A stretch of 64,000 nt of DNA from an uncultured Clostridia bacterium (GCA_944392665.1 CALXXJ010000002.1:3429-67428), one strand, 5' to 3'; shown: positions 40,420 to 51,662, counted from the first letter of the stretch. Program-made: numbers and translations. The notes: generated by a model not told the origin, from the letters alone.

Positions 40420-41058
40420 TTAATCCACATGTCCCCATTTATTTAATGGCCATATTCTTATCGCTACTGTACTTTCTATTTTTTCTAATGGAATACAACC
40501 AAAAGCTCTACAATCTGTACTATGTGTTCTATTATCTCCCATTGCAAACACTGTATTTTCTGGAACAACAAAATCTGAAAAACCTGGACCTTCTACATCT
40601 GTTATAACGCCATCTTGTAAATATGGTTCATCCAATTCTTCTCCATTTATATAAACTTTTCCTTCTTTAATTTCTACATGTTCTCCTGGAAGTGCTATAA
40701 CTCTTTTTATATAACTTTCTTTTCCAATTTCTAATACATATTTTACAAACTTTGAAAATATATTGGTAGGTTCATTTTCATATTTCGCTACTGGGTCATT
40801 TTCATCTATTTCTGAACTTGTATAAAATTTCTTACTTGGTGCTTCAAATGTAATGATTTCTCCTCTTTCTGGTAAAGTTTTTGTAGTTCTTGTCCATCTA
40901 TTTAGCCACAATCTTTGATCTTGCTCTAATGTTGGTTTCATTGACACTTGTTGAACAATCGTTGGTGTTCCTATAAAATATCTGAATAATAATGCTAATA
41001 CAATCGCTATAATGATACAATATACCCATTCTAATATTTCTTTTATCTTTGGATTCAA
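40420..41058 (-). CDS. lepB: Signal peptidase I
   Basis: TM, QVSMKPTL (Ser), YIKRVIALPG (Lys), MGDNRTHSTDCR. Confidence 0.93.
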   Translation of the reverse strand: MNPKIKEILEWVYCIIIAIVLALLFRYFIGTPTIVQQVSMKPTLEQDQRLWLNRWTRTTKTLPERGEIITFEAPSKKFYTSSEIDENDPVAKYENEPTNIFSKFVKYVLEIGKESYIKRVIALPGEHVEIKEGKVYINGEELDEPYLQDGVITDVEGPGFSDFVVPENTVFAMGDNRTHSTDCRAFGCIPLEKIESTVAIRIWPLNKWGHVD

Positions 41059-41172
41059 TTTTCTCTCTCCTTTAACTTTAAAAAATCTAATTTATTATAC
41101 ATTAATTCTTTCTATTTTGCAATTCCAATCGTTATTTTTTTTATAATTATAAATTTTCAATATGGATAATTT

Positions 41173-42639
41173 TTAACTTTTAGTTGGTATTCTGATAACT
41201 ACTTCTGTACCTTGTCCTACCGTACTTTTTATATCAATACTTCCGCCATTTTTATCAAGTATCTCTTTAGCAATAGAAAGTCCTAGACCAGTTCCTCCCA
41301 TTTCTCTTGTACGTGCTTTATCTACTCGATAAAATCTCTCAAATATTCTAGATAAATCTTCTTCTGGTATTCCAATTCCATTATCAAAAATTTTTATATA
41401 TGCATCATTATATACAAATCCTACATATATTTTAATTTCTCCACCTTCTGGTGTATATTTTATACTGTTTGTTAAAATATTTAAAATAACTCTTTCAATA
41501 TCATCTTTATCTGCATAAACTGGTGGAACATCTGCTGTCACAAAAGAATTTACTGTATGATTTTTCTTTTTGATTTCTATAGCTAATTTATCTTGACATT
41601 TTTTTACAAGTTCGCCTAAATCAAAAGATACTTTTTTTACTCTATTTTTATTATTATCATATCTTGATAAAGTTAATAAGTCTGTAACAAGTCTTGCCAT
41701 TCTTCGTGCTTCTGATGCAATGACATTTAAAAACTTGTCCTGTGTTTCTTTATCATATTCTCCCTCTAATAAAGTATCTGCATATCCCATAATAGATGTA
41801 ATTGGGGTTTTTAATTCATGTGACACATCTGCCACAAATTCTTTTTGCATGTTGTCCAATTTTACATGTTCTGTTATATCTTGAATAACAGCTATTACAC
41901 CATTTGGTCTATCTGATTCATTTTTAAAAGGAGCAAAAAATACATTCATATATTTATCTTCTACTTGAATTCTTTGTTCTGTTGATGTCCAGTTTTCTAG
42001 ATAAATAATTTTTTCCATGTTAATTCCCAATTTAAATTTTGCAAAAATATCATCAAAAGTAATATCTTCTGGTCTAATACTTAAGAATTTTTTTGCTGCT
42101 GGATTAATTAAGATAATTTCTCCCTCCATGTTAAAGGCAATGATTCCATCTGTCATATGTAAAAGAATGGTTTCTATTTGATTTTTTTGTGTAGAAACTT
42201 CACTTAATTTCTCCTTTAACTCTGTTGTCATAACCCCCAATACATTTTCTATATTTACCATATCTTTTTTGTTTTTAGATTTTTTTACTTCTTCTTTCGG
42301 TGAATTCATTTTGTCTTTTTTCTTTTCTTCTTCTGTTATTTTCTCTGCACTTTTTATCAATTTATTAATAGGATAAATAACAAATCTAGATAAAACAATG
42401 GCTATCAAAATACCACTTATCAAAAATACAATTCCTGCTATAATTAATGCTGTTATATTGGTATTTCTCATTTGCTCTACATATTCAGCTAGTTCTCCTA
42501 CATTTCCAATTTCTTTATTACTAAGATTGATTTCTAAATTATTGATTGATTGTATATATACAAGCCCTAATCCTGTAATGACAATGATACCTATCAAAAA
42601 AAATACAACAATGATTTTAAATTGAATACTTCTAAACAT
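41173..42639 (-). CDS. Sensor histidine kinase, WalK-like (TM, PAS, HisKA, HATPase)
   Basis: FVADVSHELKTPITS, NILTNSIKY, DNGIGIP, FERFYRVDKARTREMGGTGLGLSI. Confidence 0.92.
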   Translation of the reverse strand: MFRSIQFKIIVVFFLIGIIVITGLGLVYIQSINNLEINLSNKEIGNVGELAEYVEQMRNTNITALIIAGIVFLISGILIAIVLSRFVIYPINKLIKSAEKITEEEKKKDKMNSPKEEVKKSKNKKDMVNIENVLGVMTTELKEKLSEVSTQKNQIETILLHMTDGIIAFNMEGEIILINPAAKKFLSIRPEDITFDDIFAKFKLGINMEKIIYLENWTSTEQRIQVEDKYMNVFFAPFKNESDRPNGVIAVIQDITEHVKLDNMQKEFVADVSHELKTPITSIMGYADTLLEGEYDKETQDKFLNVIASEARRMARLVTDLLTLSRYDNNKNRVKKVSFDLGELVKKCQDKLAIEIKKKNHTVNSFVTADVPPVYADKDDIERVILNILTNSIKYTPEGGEIKIYVGFVYNDAYIKIFDNGIGIPEEDLSRIFERFYRVDKARTREMGGTGLGLSIAKEILDKNGGSIDIKSTVGQGTEVVIRIPTKS

Positions 42640-42694
42640 TCTTTTCCCTCTCATTTATTTGGGGCTCTATCTAGTAAAAAATTGAAACCTTTCT

Positions 42695-43834
42695 TTATGC
42701 TCTTTTTGCTTTTATAGTTTCTAAAATTTGTGCGTAAATTTTATTTTCTACATTATCAGTCGCAACTGTAAATGCTTTCTCCCCCATATTTTTACATTTA
42801 TTTTCATCTAATACAATTTTTTCTATATTCATATTTAATTTTTCTCCAGTCAATTCATTATCTAATATAATATCTGCCGCTCCAACATTTTGTAATACTT
42901 TTGCATTATATAATTGATGATCATGACTGACATTTGGCAATGGCACTAATATAGATGGTTTTCCTAAATTTGCAATTTCTGTAATTGTCATCGCGCCACT
43001 TCTTGCGACAATGACATCTACTATATTCATTATCTCTTCCATATTATATATATATGGAAGGATTTTCATATTTTTTATATGATTAATATTTTTATGATTA
43101 TTTTCTAGTTCTTCTTTTACAATATCATATTGCTTTGGTCCTGTTGCCCAAATTATTTGATAATTCTCATTTAATTCAGATTTTATTATTTCCATTATTG
43201 CATTATTAATTCTTCTTGCCCCTTGACTTCCTCCAAATACTAAAGCAATTGGCATTTCCTTTTTTAATCCAGATTTTTTTATAATTTCATCTTTTTGTTG
43301 TTCTGTGTAATTTTGTTTTTTTATTTTCACAGGTGTTCCTGTATGTATAATTTTTTTTGCATGTTTTATTCTTTCTATAGCATCTTCAAAAGACACTAAA
43401 ATTGTATCTGTTTTTTTGGCTAACATTTTTACAGCTTTACCAGGAAAAGCATTGCTTTCATGCAATACTGTTGGAATCTTTAATTTATGTGCCGCTGATA
43501 TGGTTGCACCACAAATATATCCCCCTGTTCCTATAACAACATCTGGATTGATTTCTTTTAATATTTTTTTTGCTTCTCCAAATCCTTTTAAGGTTTTTAT
43601 CATTTTTTTTATATTATCAATAGATATTTTTTTACTTAATCCATATGCATCAATTGTTTTTAATTCATACCCTGCTCTCGGAACCAAATCATTTTCCAGA
43701 CCTCTAGTTGTTCCTATAAAAATGATTTTAGAATCTTTTTGTTCTTCCTGTATTTTTTTTGCTATGGCTAATCCTGGATTGATATGACCTGCTGTTCCTG
43801 CTGCTGCAATAACTACTTTCATTTCTTCTTTCAT
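42695..43834 (-). CDS. murG: Undecaprenyl-PP-MurNAc-pentapeptide GlcNAc transferase
   Basis: AGTAGHINP, GTGGY, HESNAFPG, FGGSQGA, RSGAMT, HQLYNA. Confidence 0.95.
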   Translation of the reverse strand: MKEEMKVVIAAAGTAGHINPGLAIAKKIQEEQKDSKIIFIGTTRGLENDLVPRAGYELKTIDAYGLSKKISIDNIKKMIKTLKGFGEAKKILKEINPDVVIGTGGYICGATISAAHKLKIPTVLHESNAFPGKAVKMLAKKTDTILVSFEDAIERIKHAKKIIHTGTPVKIKKQNYTEQQKDEIIKKSGLKKEMPIALVFGGSQGARRINNAIMEIIKSELNENYQIIWATGPKQYDIVKEELENNHKNINHIKNMKILPYIYNMEEIMNIVDVIVARSGAMTITEIANLGKPSILVPLPNVSHDHQLYNAKVLQNVGAADIILDNELTGEKLNMNIEKIVLDENKCKNMGEKAFTVATDNVENKIYAQILETIKAKRA

Positions 43835-43879
43835 TCCTTTCTTAGCTAGATTTCTAAGGACGAAAAGGGATTTTTCTTC

Positions 43880-45013
43880 TTATTCTTTTTTCGCTCCTGC
43901 TTTTGAAATATTTAAGAGTATTCCCATTTCACAGAGTAATATAAACAGTGATGTTCCTCCGTAACTGAAAAATGGTAATGGCATTCCTGTTGCTGGCATT
44001 GATGAAGTAACAACTGCAATATTAATGATTACTTGAATAGCAATTTGTGCTGTAATTCCTATAGCAATTAAACTACCAAACATATCTGGAGACTTCATTG
44101 CAATTAAAATTCCTCTCCATATAAATATTCCAAATAATATAATAACAATTGCACATCCTATAAATCCTAATTCTTCGCCTAGTATTGAAAATATGAAGTC
44201 ATTATGTGGCTCAGGAATGTATAAATATTTTTGTTTACTTTCCCCTAATCCAGCTCCAAATAATCCGCCTGAACCAATGGCATATAAGCTTTGAATTACT
44301 TGCCACCCATCTCCTGTTGGATCACTCCAAGGGTTTAAGAAAGTCGTAACTCTTTGTAATCTATATGGTTCTAAAAGAACCAATCCTATAACTCCAGGTA
44401 CTCCAACCACTAAAGCTGACACAAGAAAATGCCAGAATTTACAACCTGCAATAATCATCATAATTGCTACAATTCCAACAATCAGAATGGATGCACTAAA
44501 ATGTGGTTGTATTAATAATAAAACAATAATTGGTGCTATCATCATGATATGTTTTAAAAAGCCTTTTCCATATTTATTTAATTCATCTCTATTTTTTACT
44601 AATATTCCTGCATAAAATAATATCATTAATAATTTTACAATTTCAGATGGTTGAAATGAAAAAGATTCTGTAATATATATCCATCTTTTGGCACCATTTA
44701 CTTCTCTACCTATAAATGGTACTGCTAGTAACAATAGAAATGCAACAATATATGCTAACTTATAATATTTTTGATAAAATCTATAATCAATGTTAGAAAT
44801 TACCCACATCATAAATAGTCCTGCTACTGCGAAAATTGCTTGCCTAAAAAAATATGAATAACTATTTCCACTTTCAGAAAGTGCTGATGGTGAACTTGCT
44901 GAAAGTACCATGATTAATCCTATTGATAACAGCAATAATATGGTTATCAATAATGTAAAATCAATTGGGTTTTTTAGAAAGCTTGAAAAACTCTTACCTT
45001 TCTTTTTTGCCAT
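43880..45013 (-). CDS. ftsW: SEDS peptidoglycan glycosyltransferase FtsW/SpoVE
   Basis: NGAKRWI, FQPSE, GWQVIQSLYAIGSGG, PEPHNDFIF, LPFFSYGGTS. Confidence 0.93.
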   Translation of the reverse strand: MAKKKGKSFSSFLKNPIDFTLLITILLLLSIGLIMVLSASSPSALSESGNSYSYFFRQAIFAVAGLFMMWVISNIDYRFYQKYYKLAYIVAFLLLLAVPFIGREVNGAKRWIYITESFSFQPSEIVKLLMILFYAGILVKNRDELNKYGKGFLKHIMMIAPIIVLLLIQPHFSASILIVGIVAIMMIIAGCKFWHFLVSALVVGVPGVIGLVLLEPYRLQRVTTFLNPWSDPTGDGWQVIQSLYAIGSGGLFGAGLGESKQKYLYIPEPHNDFIFSILGEELGFIGCAIVIILFGIFIWRGILIAMKSPDMFGSLIAIGITAQIAIQVIINIAVVTSSMPATGMPLPFFSYGGTSLFILLCEMGILLNISKAGAKKE

Positions 45014-45238
45014 TCTTTTTTATCATTCCTTTCTCAAGAAAAAAAGCCATATGTTTTAAATTCTTTGTTCTTTTGGAAAAGAATTAATTTTTTTCGACCT
45101 TTTCTTTTGTCCTTTTCATGATTATATAAAAATCTTTGATTTTATAGTTCATGTTTTTTGATTATATAGAAAATATATAAAACACATTTTCTACTTTTAC
45201 ACTATTGAACTTTTTAATACATAACAAGGTTAAGTTCC

Positions 45239-46219
45239 TTATATAATCTTTAATCCAATAATACATAATAATAATGTTGCTACACTAAATACAACAACTA
45301 CTTTATTTTCCTTCCAACCTGATAATTCAAAGTGGTGATGCAATGGTGCCATTTTGAAAAATCGTTTTCCTGTCTTTTTAAAATATACCACTTGTATCAT
45401 AACTGATATCGTTTCTAATACTGGTATTAGTGCAATAACAAGTAATAATAATGGCATTTCTAGGTATAATGCTAATCCTGATATAACGCCTCCTAGCATA
45501 AGAGAACCTGTATCTCCCATAAACACCTTAGCTGGATGAATATTAAACATTAAAAATCCTAAAACTGCACCAATTACAATACTTGCAAATATAGATACTT
45601 CATATAGTTGTAAACTAATTCCTATAATTGCTAGACAAGTAATAATAATAGCACATACACTAGATGATAACCCATCAATTCCATCTGTCAAATTGACTGC
45701 ATTTGTTGCTCCTAATATGACAAGAATTGCAAATGGTATATACACAAAAACAGGCATATCAATATATGTTTTGATAATTGGTATATATGTTTGTGTTTCA
45801 ATTTTTAATCCATATACTAAATAAATAACATACGCTACAGAAATGATAAGTAATCCTATCATTTTATAGCTTGGTTTTAGTCCTTCGGTATTTTTTAATA
45901 CTAACTTTTTAAAATCATCTATAAATCCAATTAAACCAAATCCAATCGTTAATAATAATATTGGTAACAATCTATGTGCTAAATCGGTTTCCCCTATTAT
46001 GGATAAATATGTATACGTTCCTATTACTACTAAAATCATAGTAATAATGATAATAATTCCTCCCATTGTTGGAGTTCCTTGTTTTTTCAAATGAGATTGT
46101 GGTCCGTCATCTCTTTCTATTTGCCCTACTTTTCTTTTTTTCAATATCGGTATAATGATAAATCCCATGATAATCGATACGATAAATGCGATTATCAATA
46201 CTTTTGCCTCGAATATCAA
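45239..46219 (-). CDS. mraY: Phospho-N-acetylmuramoyl-pentapeptide transferase
   Basis: KQGTPTMGG, GFIDDF, NAVNLTDGIDGL, FMGDTGS, MAPLHHHFEL. Confidence 0.97.
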   Translation of the reverse strand: MIFEAKVLIIAFIVSIIMGFIIIPILKKRKVGQIERDDGPQSHLKKQGTPTMGGIIIIITMILVVIGTYTYLSIIGETDLAHRLLPILLLTIGFGLIGFIDDFKKLVLKNTEGLKPSYKMIGLLIISVAYVIYLVYGLKIETQTYIPIIKTYIDMPVFVYIPFAILVILGATNAVNLTDGIDGLSSSVCAIIITCLAIIGISLQLYEVSIFASIVIGAVLGFLMFNIHPAKVFMGDTGSLMLGGVISGLALYLEMPLLLLVIALIPVLETISVMIQVVYFKKTGKRFFKMAPLHHHFELSGWKENKVVVVFSVATLLLCIIGLKII

Positions 46220-46242
46220 TTTAATCCAACCTTTCTTTTGTT

Positions 46243-47739
46243 TTATTTTTTCTTATTCTTTGTTTCATTTTCTAATTCTTCTATAATATCTCTAACAATC
46301 ACTCTCTCATCAAATGGATATTTTTCTCCATTAATTTCTTGATATGGCTCATGTCCTTTTCCTGCTAAAATAACAATGTCTCGTTTCGTTGCCATTTTGA
46401 TTGCTTCTTTTATTGCTTCTGTTCTATCTATGATTACTTCATATTTTCCATTTGTTTTTTTCATTCCTTCTTCTATTTGCTCTACTATCTTGTTAGGATC
46501 TTCTGTTCTTGGATTATCAGATGTAATAATTGTAAAATCTGCAATTCTTCCTGATATTTCTCCCATAATTGGTCTTTTACCAGCATCTCTATCTCCACCA
46601 CAACCAAATACAGATATGACTTTTCCTCTTGTATAACTTTTTGTCGCTTGCAATATATTTTCCAAACTTTCTGGTGAATGTGCATAATCAATCATAATTG
46701 GTATTTCTCTTTTATTATCTACTAATTCAGATCTTCCTGGTACTCTTACTTCTGCTAAAGCTTCTTTTATAGGTTCAGGAGCAATTCCAAATTTTTGTGC
46801 AACACAAATAGCCGCTAATGAATTATATACACTAAACCTTCCAGGTATTCCTGTTTTTACTCTTTCATTTTTATCTTTTAATTTTACTTTAAAATCTACA
46901 TAAGAATTTGTAATGGTAATATCTTTTGCTAAAAGATTTGCATAATTATCAATTCCATATGTCGTAATATTACTATCTGGGAATAATCTTGGTATTTTTG
47001 CTCCATGTAAATCATCTGCATTTGTGATTCCTGTTTTACACATTTTAAATAATTTTAATTTTGAGTGAAAATAGTCTTCCATATCTGGGTGCTCTTTTGG
47101 ACTGATATGATCTTCTGAAAAGTTTGTAAATACGACTATATCAAAATTACATCCCTCTACTCTATTTAATTTCAAACTTTGTGATGAAACTTCCATAACC
47201 ACCACTTCAACACCTTGTTTTACCATTTCATCAAATGTTTGTTGTAATTCTAAACTTTCTGGTGTTGTTCTGTCACTATCTTTTACTTTTTTTCCATTAA
47301 TATATGTTGCAATCGTTCCTATTAATCCTACTTTTTTGCCTGCTTTTTCAAATATTTCTTTTATCATAAAAGTAGTTGTTGTTTTTCCTTTTGTTCCTGT
47401 AACACCGATTAATTTAAATTTTCTTGATGGATGATTATAGAAATTATCTGATACAATAGCTAATCCTTCTCTTGTATCTTTTGCCATGACAACTGTTATA
47501 TTGTCTGGTATTTTAGCTCCTTTTAAGTTACAGCCTTCTTGTATCATAATGGCTACTGCACCATTTTCTATAGCATTTTCCACATATTGGTGACCATCTG
47601 TTGAAAATCCTTGTATTGCTACAAATAAATATCCTTGTTTTACATTTTTTGAATTGTTTTCAACTCCAGATATTTCAATATCTAAATCTCCTTTTACTTT
47701 TAAATTTTCTAAACCTACTAACATTTCTTTTAATTTCAT
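46243..47739 (-). CDS. murE: UDP-MurNAc-dipeptide:diaminopimelate ligase
   Basis: GVTGTKGKTT, TTPES, MEVSS, DYAHSP, FGCGGDRD, DNPR, AGKGHE. Confidence 0.96.
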   Translation of the reverse strand: MKLKEMLVGLENLKVKGDLDIEISGVENNSKNVKQGYLFVAIQGFSTDGHQYVENAIENGAVAIMIQEGCNLKGAKIPDNITVVMAKDTREGLAIVSDNFYNHPSRKFKLIGVTGTKGKTTTTFMIKEIFEKAGKKVGLIGTIATYINGKKVKDSDRTTPESLELQQTFDEMVKQGVEVVVMEVSSQSLKLNRVEGCNFDIVVFTNFSEDHISPKEHPDMEDYFHSKLKLFKMCKTGITNADDLHGAKIPRLFPDSNITTYGIDNYANLLAKDITITNSYVDFKVKLKDKNERVKTGIPGRFSVYNSLAAICVAQKFGIAPEPIKEALAEVRVPGRSELVDNKREIPIMIDYAHSPESLENILQATKSYTRGKVISVFGCGGDRDAGKRPIMGEISGRIADFTIITSDNPRTEDPNKIVEQIEEGMKKTNGKYEVIIDRTEAIKEAIKMATKRDIVILAGKGHEPYQEINGEKYPFDERVIVRDIIEELENETKNKKK

Positions 47740-47889
47740 TTTTTTCAATCCTTTCGATTATTAATACTTAATTATATGCAAATTATTCCATTTAATCTCT
47801 CATATTATATAACTAAAATTATTTTTTGTATAGAGTTTTTATACTTTTTTACTCTTAAAATGTAACGATTCAGTAATATAATTTTTTAT

Positions 47890-48071
47890 AATGAGTTCTT
47901 GATATTTATTTTTTATAAATTCCTCGGCTCAATACGTACTCTAGCCTTTCTAAATATAAAAGAAACGAGCCTCTCGCTATTCCCGCTTCCTCATTTCTTT
48001 TATATTAAGAAAGGCTACAAGCACTCCAATCACATTCGTCATTTATAAAAAATAAATATCAAGAACTCATT
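47890..48071. repeat. Long two-stem hairpin element related in architecture to 40158-40390
   Basis: Outer 31-bp IR AATGAGTTCTTGATATTTATTTTTTATAAAT and complement; inner IR TAGCCTTTCTAAATATAAAAGAAA and near-complement. Confidence 0.8.
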
Positions 48072-48177
48072 TAATACCAAGGTAGTTGTATTCTATAACA
48101 TGCAACAAAAAAGCTGAGGCAGAAAACTTTCACAGTTCTCCACCCCAACTATTGACATTCAACCTTTATATATATGT

Positions 48178-51100
48178 TTATTTAAATATATTTTTTAAAT
48201 ATCTATAGCGAATATAGAAACCAATTGCTCCTAGTAATACAATTGCAATAAGCGCTTTCATAATCATTGAAATTCCTGCACTTGGTAAAATAGTATTTGC
48301 TACTGTACCATCTTTGTAGTTATTTGTATTTCCTGTAATGGTATTTGTTGTGCTATTATTATTTTGATTTTCATCTCCTGGTTGTTCTATGTTTTGAACA
48401 TTTATTGTTGCTTCAACAGTATTTCCTGCTAAATCACTTAATTGGATGGTTTCTGTTTGGTTTTCATCAAATGTCTTACTAATTGACAATCTATCTTCTG
48501 ATAATGTCCATCCTTCTATTGGTTTTAATTCTTCATTTGCTTTTATGGTTACTTGTACTGCTTTTCCATTATTTATCGTTTCATAATTGATATTGATTTG
48601 TGGTCCTTCTTTATCTATCCAAGTAACTCTTGCTATATTTTGAAAACGATTTCCTTCACTATCGACATATTCAAATGTAAATGTCCCATTTTCTTCAAAA
48701 ACATACTCATTACTTCCATCATTATTGGTTATGGTTACATCATCTCTATTAAATGTAATGGTTGCTGTAACATTTTGATTGGTTAATTCCGTATAATCAT
48801 AAGAAATAGTTGATACAAGCTCTTCCTCTTCTTCAGTAACCGTAATTTTACATGTTGCTGTTTTTTCTCCATCTTCAGTAGTTACAGTTATCATTGTTTC
48901 TCCTGGTCCTATTGCTGTTACAAGGCCATTGCTTACAGTTGCTATATTTTCATTTGCAGATGTCCATGTTACATTTTTATTTGTTGCATCATTTGGTGTA
49001 ATAACTGCTACTAATGTTGCTGTTTCTCCAATTTCTAAAGAAATATCTTGCAAATTCAATTCTACTTTTTCTACATGAATTTCTTCTGGCTCTGGTTCTA
49101 TTACTGTAATAATACATTCTGCAGTCTTTTGACCATCTTGTGTGGTTACTGTTACGGTTGTTTCTCCTGGTGCTATTGCAGTTACAATTCCATTGTTTAC
49201 AGTTGCTATATCACTATTTTCTGAACTCCAAGTCACATTTTTATTTGTCGCATTGTCTGGTGTTATGGTTGCTTCTAATGTTGTTGTTTTTCCCATTTCT
49301 ACTGTAACATTTTGAAGATTCAATGCAATTCCTTCTACTGGAATTACTTCTGGTTCAGGCTCTGGCTCTGGTTCTTCACTTTGAAGTACTGTAACACTAC
49401 ATGTTGCCGTTTTTTCACCATCATCTGTTGTTACTACTATATTAGTTGTTCCTTCACCAATAGCTGTTACTACTCCATTATCTACACTTGCAATACTACT
49501 ATCTTCTGAACTCCAAGTTACCTTTTTGTTTGTTGCATTATCTGGTGTTATGGTTGCTTCCAATGTTGTTGATTCTCCTATTTCTAATGTAACTTCTTGC
49601 ATATTCAATGCTATACCTTCTACTGGAATCACTTGTGGCTCCTCTGGTTCTTCTGGATCTGGCTCTTCTGGCTCTTCTGGTGAATCAATAGAATTTCCAC
49701 CTACTGATAATAAATTTGTTTCATAATTTTCTAAAGCATTTTTTAGTTCTGTATTTAATTTATCTGATTCATCATCTTCAGAATCATTAAATTCCCATTG
49801 AAAATCTCCACCATTTAAACGACCAGCATATGTTTCTACTTTTTGTTTTGCAACTTCTGGACTATCTGCTTCATATTCGTACATGATACTTGATGTATCA
49901 AAATTGTTATATGTATTTCCCCCTTGCAATGATTTTACTGAACTAGGTACTGTTTCATCAATGTTTGATACTTCATAAGCATCAAAACTTTTATTATCTT
50001 GTGAATATGGTATATATGATTTTTGTCCTGTCATATAATTATTATATGCTTTTATCATTCCTCCATCTTCTTTAGAAAATGTTCCACTTGTATCAGAACC
50101 TTGCATAGAAATCATCATAGGATCTTTACAATTTCTAAAGTAGTTTCCTTCTACTAAAACAGATGAACCCAAACATGCTCCTACACCATATTTTGAATTT
50201 CCATCATAATAATTATTGTATACATGTGCAGAGTAAAATCTAATTCTTGGATGTCGTGAATCAGAATGGTCATACCAATTATGATGATACGTAATATATA
50301 ATCCATCTGTTGTATCTTCGCTTAATCCTAAAAGGTTACTCTTTCCTGTGTCAAAGAAATGATTATATGAAAATGTTACATAAGTTGATTTCTTACAATC
50401 TAAAGCCCCATCACCTTTTACTTGGTCTGAATCACTTCCTGGCTCTCCATAGAAGAAGTCACAATTATGTACCCATACATGATCATTTTCTTGTTGAAGT
50501 CCAATACTATCTCCTTCATCACTATCTGTTAGCATAACTGCTATATTTCTAATTTCTACATTTGTGGCATTTTTGATTCTGATACCATATCCATATAAAG
50601 TGGCATCTTCTCCAATTCCTTCTAATGTGATTCCACAATTGATTCTTTTATCTGAACCACTTCCACTAATGACAATATCTCCACCATCTAATGTACTTGG
50701 GTCAGTTACTTTACCAATAAATCTGATAACAAGTGGTGTGGCATCATATCCTTTTTTATATAAATCTAAAATATTTTGTAATCCTTGTGCTGTTTCTGTT
50801 TTTCCATTTGAACTTGTTTGTACTTCTAAAGAAACAGTATCTTTAGTTTCTTCTGTAACATATATAACATTCGCATTTTCTTTCAATGTACCATCGATAT
50901 TATATGCACCTGTTGTTTCTCCATCCACCCATGCAAATCCTGTTCTATCATGTGCTTGTACGGTTATGACATCAGAATCAACTTGTTTACTACTATCGTT
51001 TTGATTATTTATGATTGGTACGATTCTAAAATGATATTTTCCTGCTTTTAATCCTACAGCATCTGCTCTCCAATAAGAATCTGTTCCATCTTTATATTGT

Positions 51101-51426
51101 CTGATTAATTCATTATCTAATTGCTTATAGTTACCAGTGATCTCTTCACATATATACACATTATATCCTGTTGCTCCATCAACATTTTCCCATTCAATAT
51201 ATGCTGATTCTAGTCCACTTCCTACTGTCCTTTGTTCCACATTGGCATTCATTGCATTTAACCAATTTCCTGATAAAGATACAATTTCTGTATTACTTTT
51301 TAAATACATTGATAATATTCCTATTACTAATATTGATATAAAAATGATACTAATAATAACTTTACTTTTGTTTTTTAATCTTTTTTTCAATTCGTTTCTT
51401 CCCTTTCTTTTGTTTAATTTGCTCAT
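48178..51426 (-). CDS. Surface-anchored polysaccharide lyase family 1 (pectate lyase) with three Ig-like (Big_2) repeats
   Basis: N-terminal TM/signal; NVEIRNI, VWVHNCDF, GDGALD, RHPRIR, HVYNNY; EP-rich linkers; repeats ATITPDNATNKxVTWSSE; C-terminal LPSAG + TM + basic tail. Confidence 0.85.
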   Translation of the reverse strand: MSKLNKRKGRNELKKRLKNKSKVIISIIFISILVIGILSMYLKSNTEIVSLSGNWLNAMNANVEQRTVGSGLESAYIEWENVDGATGYNVYICEEITGNYKQLDNELIRQYKDGTDSYWRADAVGLKAGKYHFRIVPIINNQNDSSKQVDSDVITVQAHDRTGFAWVDGETTGAYNIDGTLKENANVIYVTEETKDTVSLEVQTSSNGKTETAQGLQNILDLYKKGYDATPLVIRFIGKVTDPSTLDGGDIVISGSGSDKRINCGITLEGIGEDATLYGYGIRIKNATNVEIRNIAVMLTDSDEGDSIGLQQENDHVWVHNCDFFYGEPGSDSDQVKGDGALDCKKSTYVTFSYNHFFDTGKSNLLGLSEDTTDGLYITYHHNWYDHSDSRHPRIRFYSAHVYNNYYDGNSKYGVGACLGSSVLVEGNYFRNCKDPMMISMQGSDTSGTFSKEDGGMIKAYNNYMTGQKSYIPYSQDNKSFDAYEVSNIDETVPSSVKSLQGGNTYNNFDTSSIMYEYEADSPEVAKQKVETYAGRLNGGDFQWEFNDSEDDESDKLNTELKNALENYETNLLSVGGNSIDSPEEPEEPDPEEPEEPQVIPVEGIALNMQEVTLEIGESTTLEATITPDNATNKKVTWSSEDSSIASVDNGVVTAIGEGTTNIVVTTDDGEKTATCSVTVLQSEEPEPEPEPEVIPVEGIALNLQNVTVEMGKTTTLEATITPDNATNKNVTWSSENSDIATVNNGIVTAIAPGETTVTVTTQDGQKTAECIITVIEPEPEEIHVEKVELNLQDISLEIGETATLVAVITPNDATNKNVTWTSANENIATVSNGLVTAIGPGETMITVTTEDGEKTATCKITVTEEEEELVSTISYDYTELTNQNVTATITFNRDDVTITNNDGSNEYVFEENGTFTFEYVDSEGNRFQNIARVTWIDKEGPQININYETINNGKAVQVTIKANEELKPIEGWTLSEDRLSISKTFDENQTETIQLSDLAGNTVEATINVQNIEQPGDENQNNNSTTNTITGNTNNYKDGTVANTILPSAGISMIMKALIAIVLLGAIGFYIRYRYLKNIFK

Positions 51427-51662
51427 CTTTTTTATTATATATGATTCTATATTTTTTTACAATATTTTTATTCTCAACATCTTTAATTTTGTATAGTCAA
51501 TTTTTTCCTTGTCTATATCACTAACCATATATATTCTTTAAATATTTTATCAATTTGAAGGCACAAAATACGGACACCTGAAATAGCAATAAAAAACTGT
51601 AATCAGGTATCCTATCCTTAACAATAAAAATAAAGAATTTTCTTTTGCTTATTTTTATTCTT

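Noticed and set aside
51570-51660. Riboswitch upstream of the pectate lyase
   Set aside because: Two hairpins are present (GGACACCTGA...TCAGGTATCC and an AT-rich one) but I recognise no riboswitch consensus; likely the spoVD terminator region.
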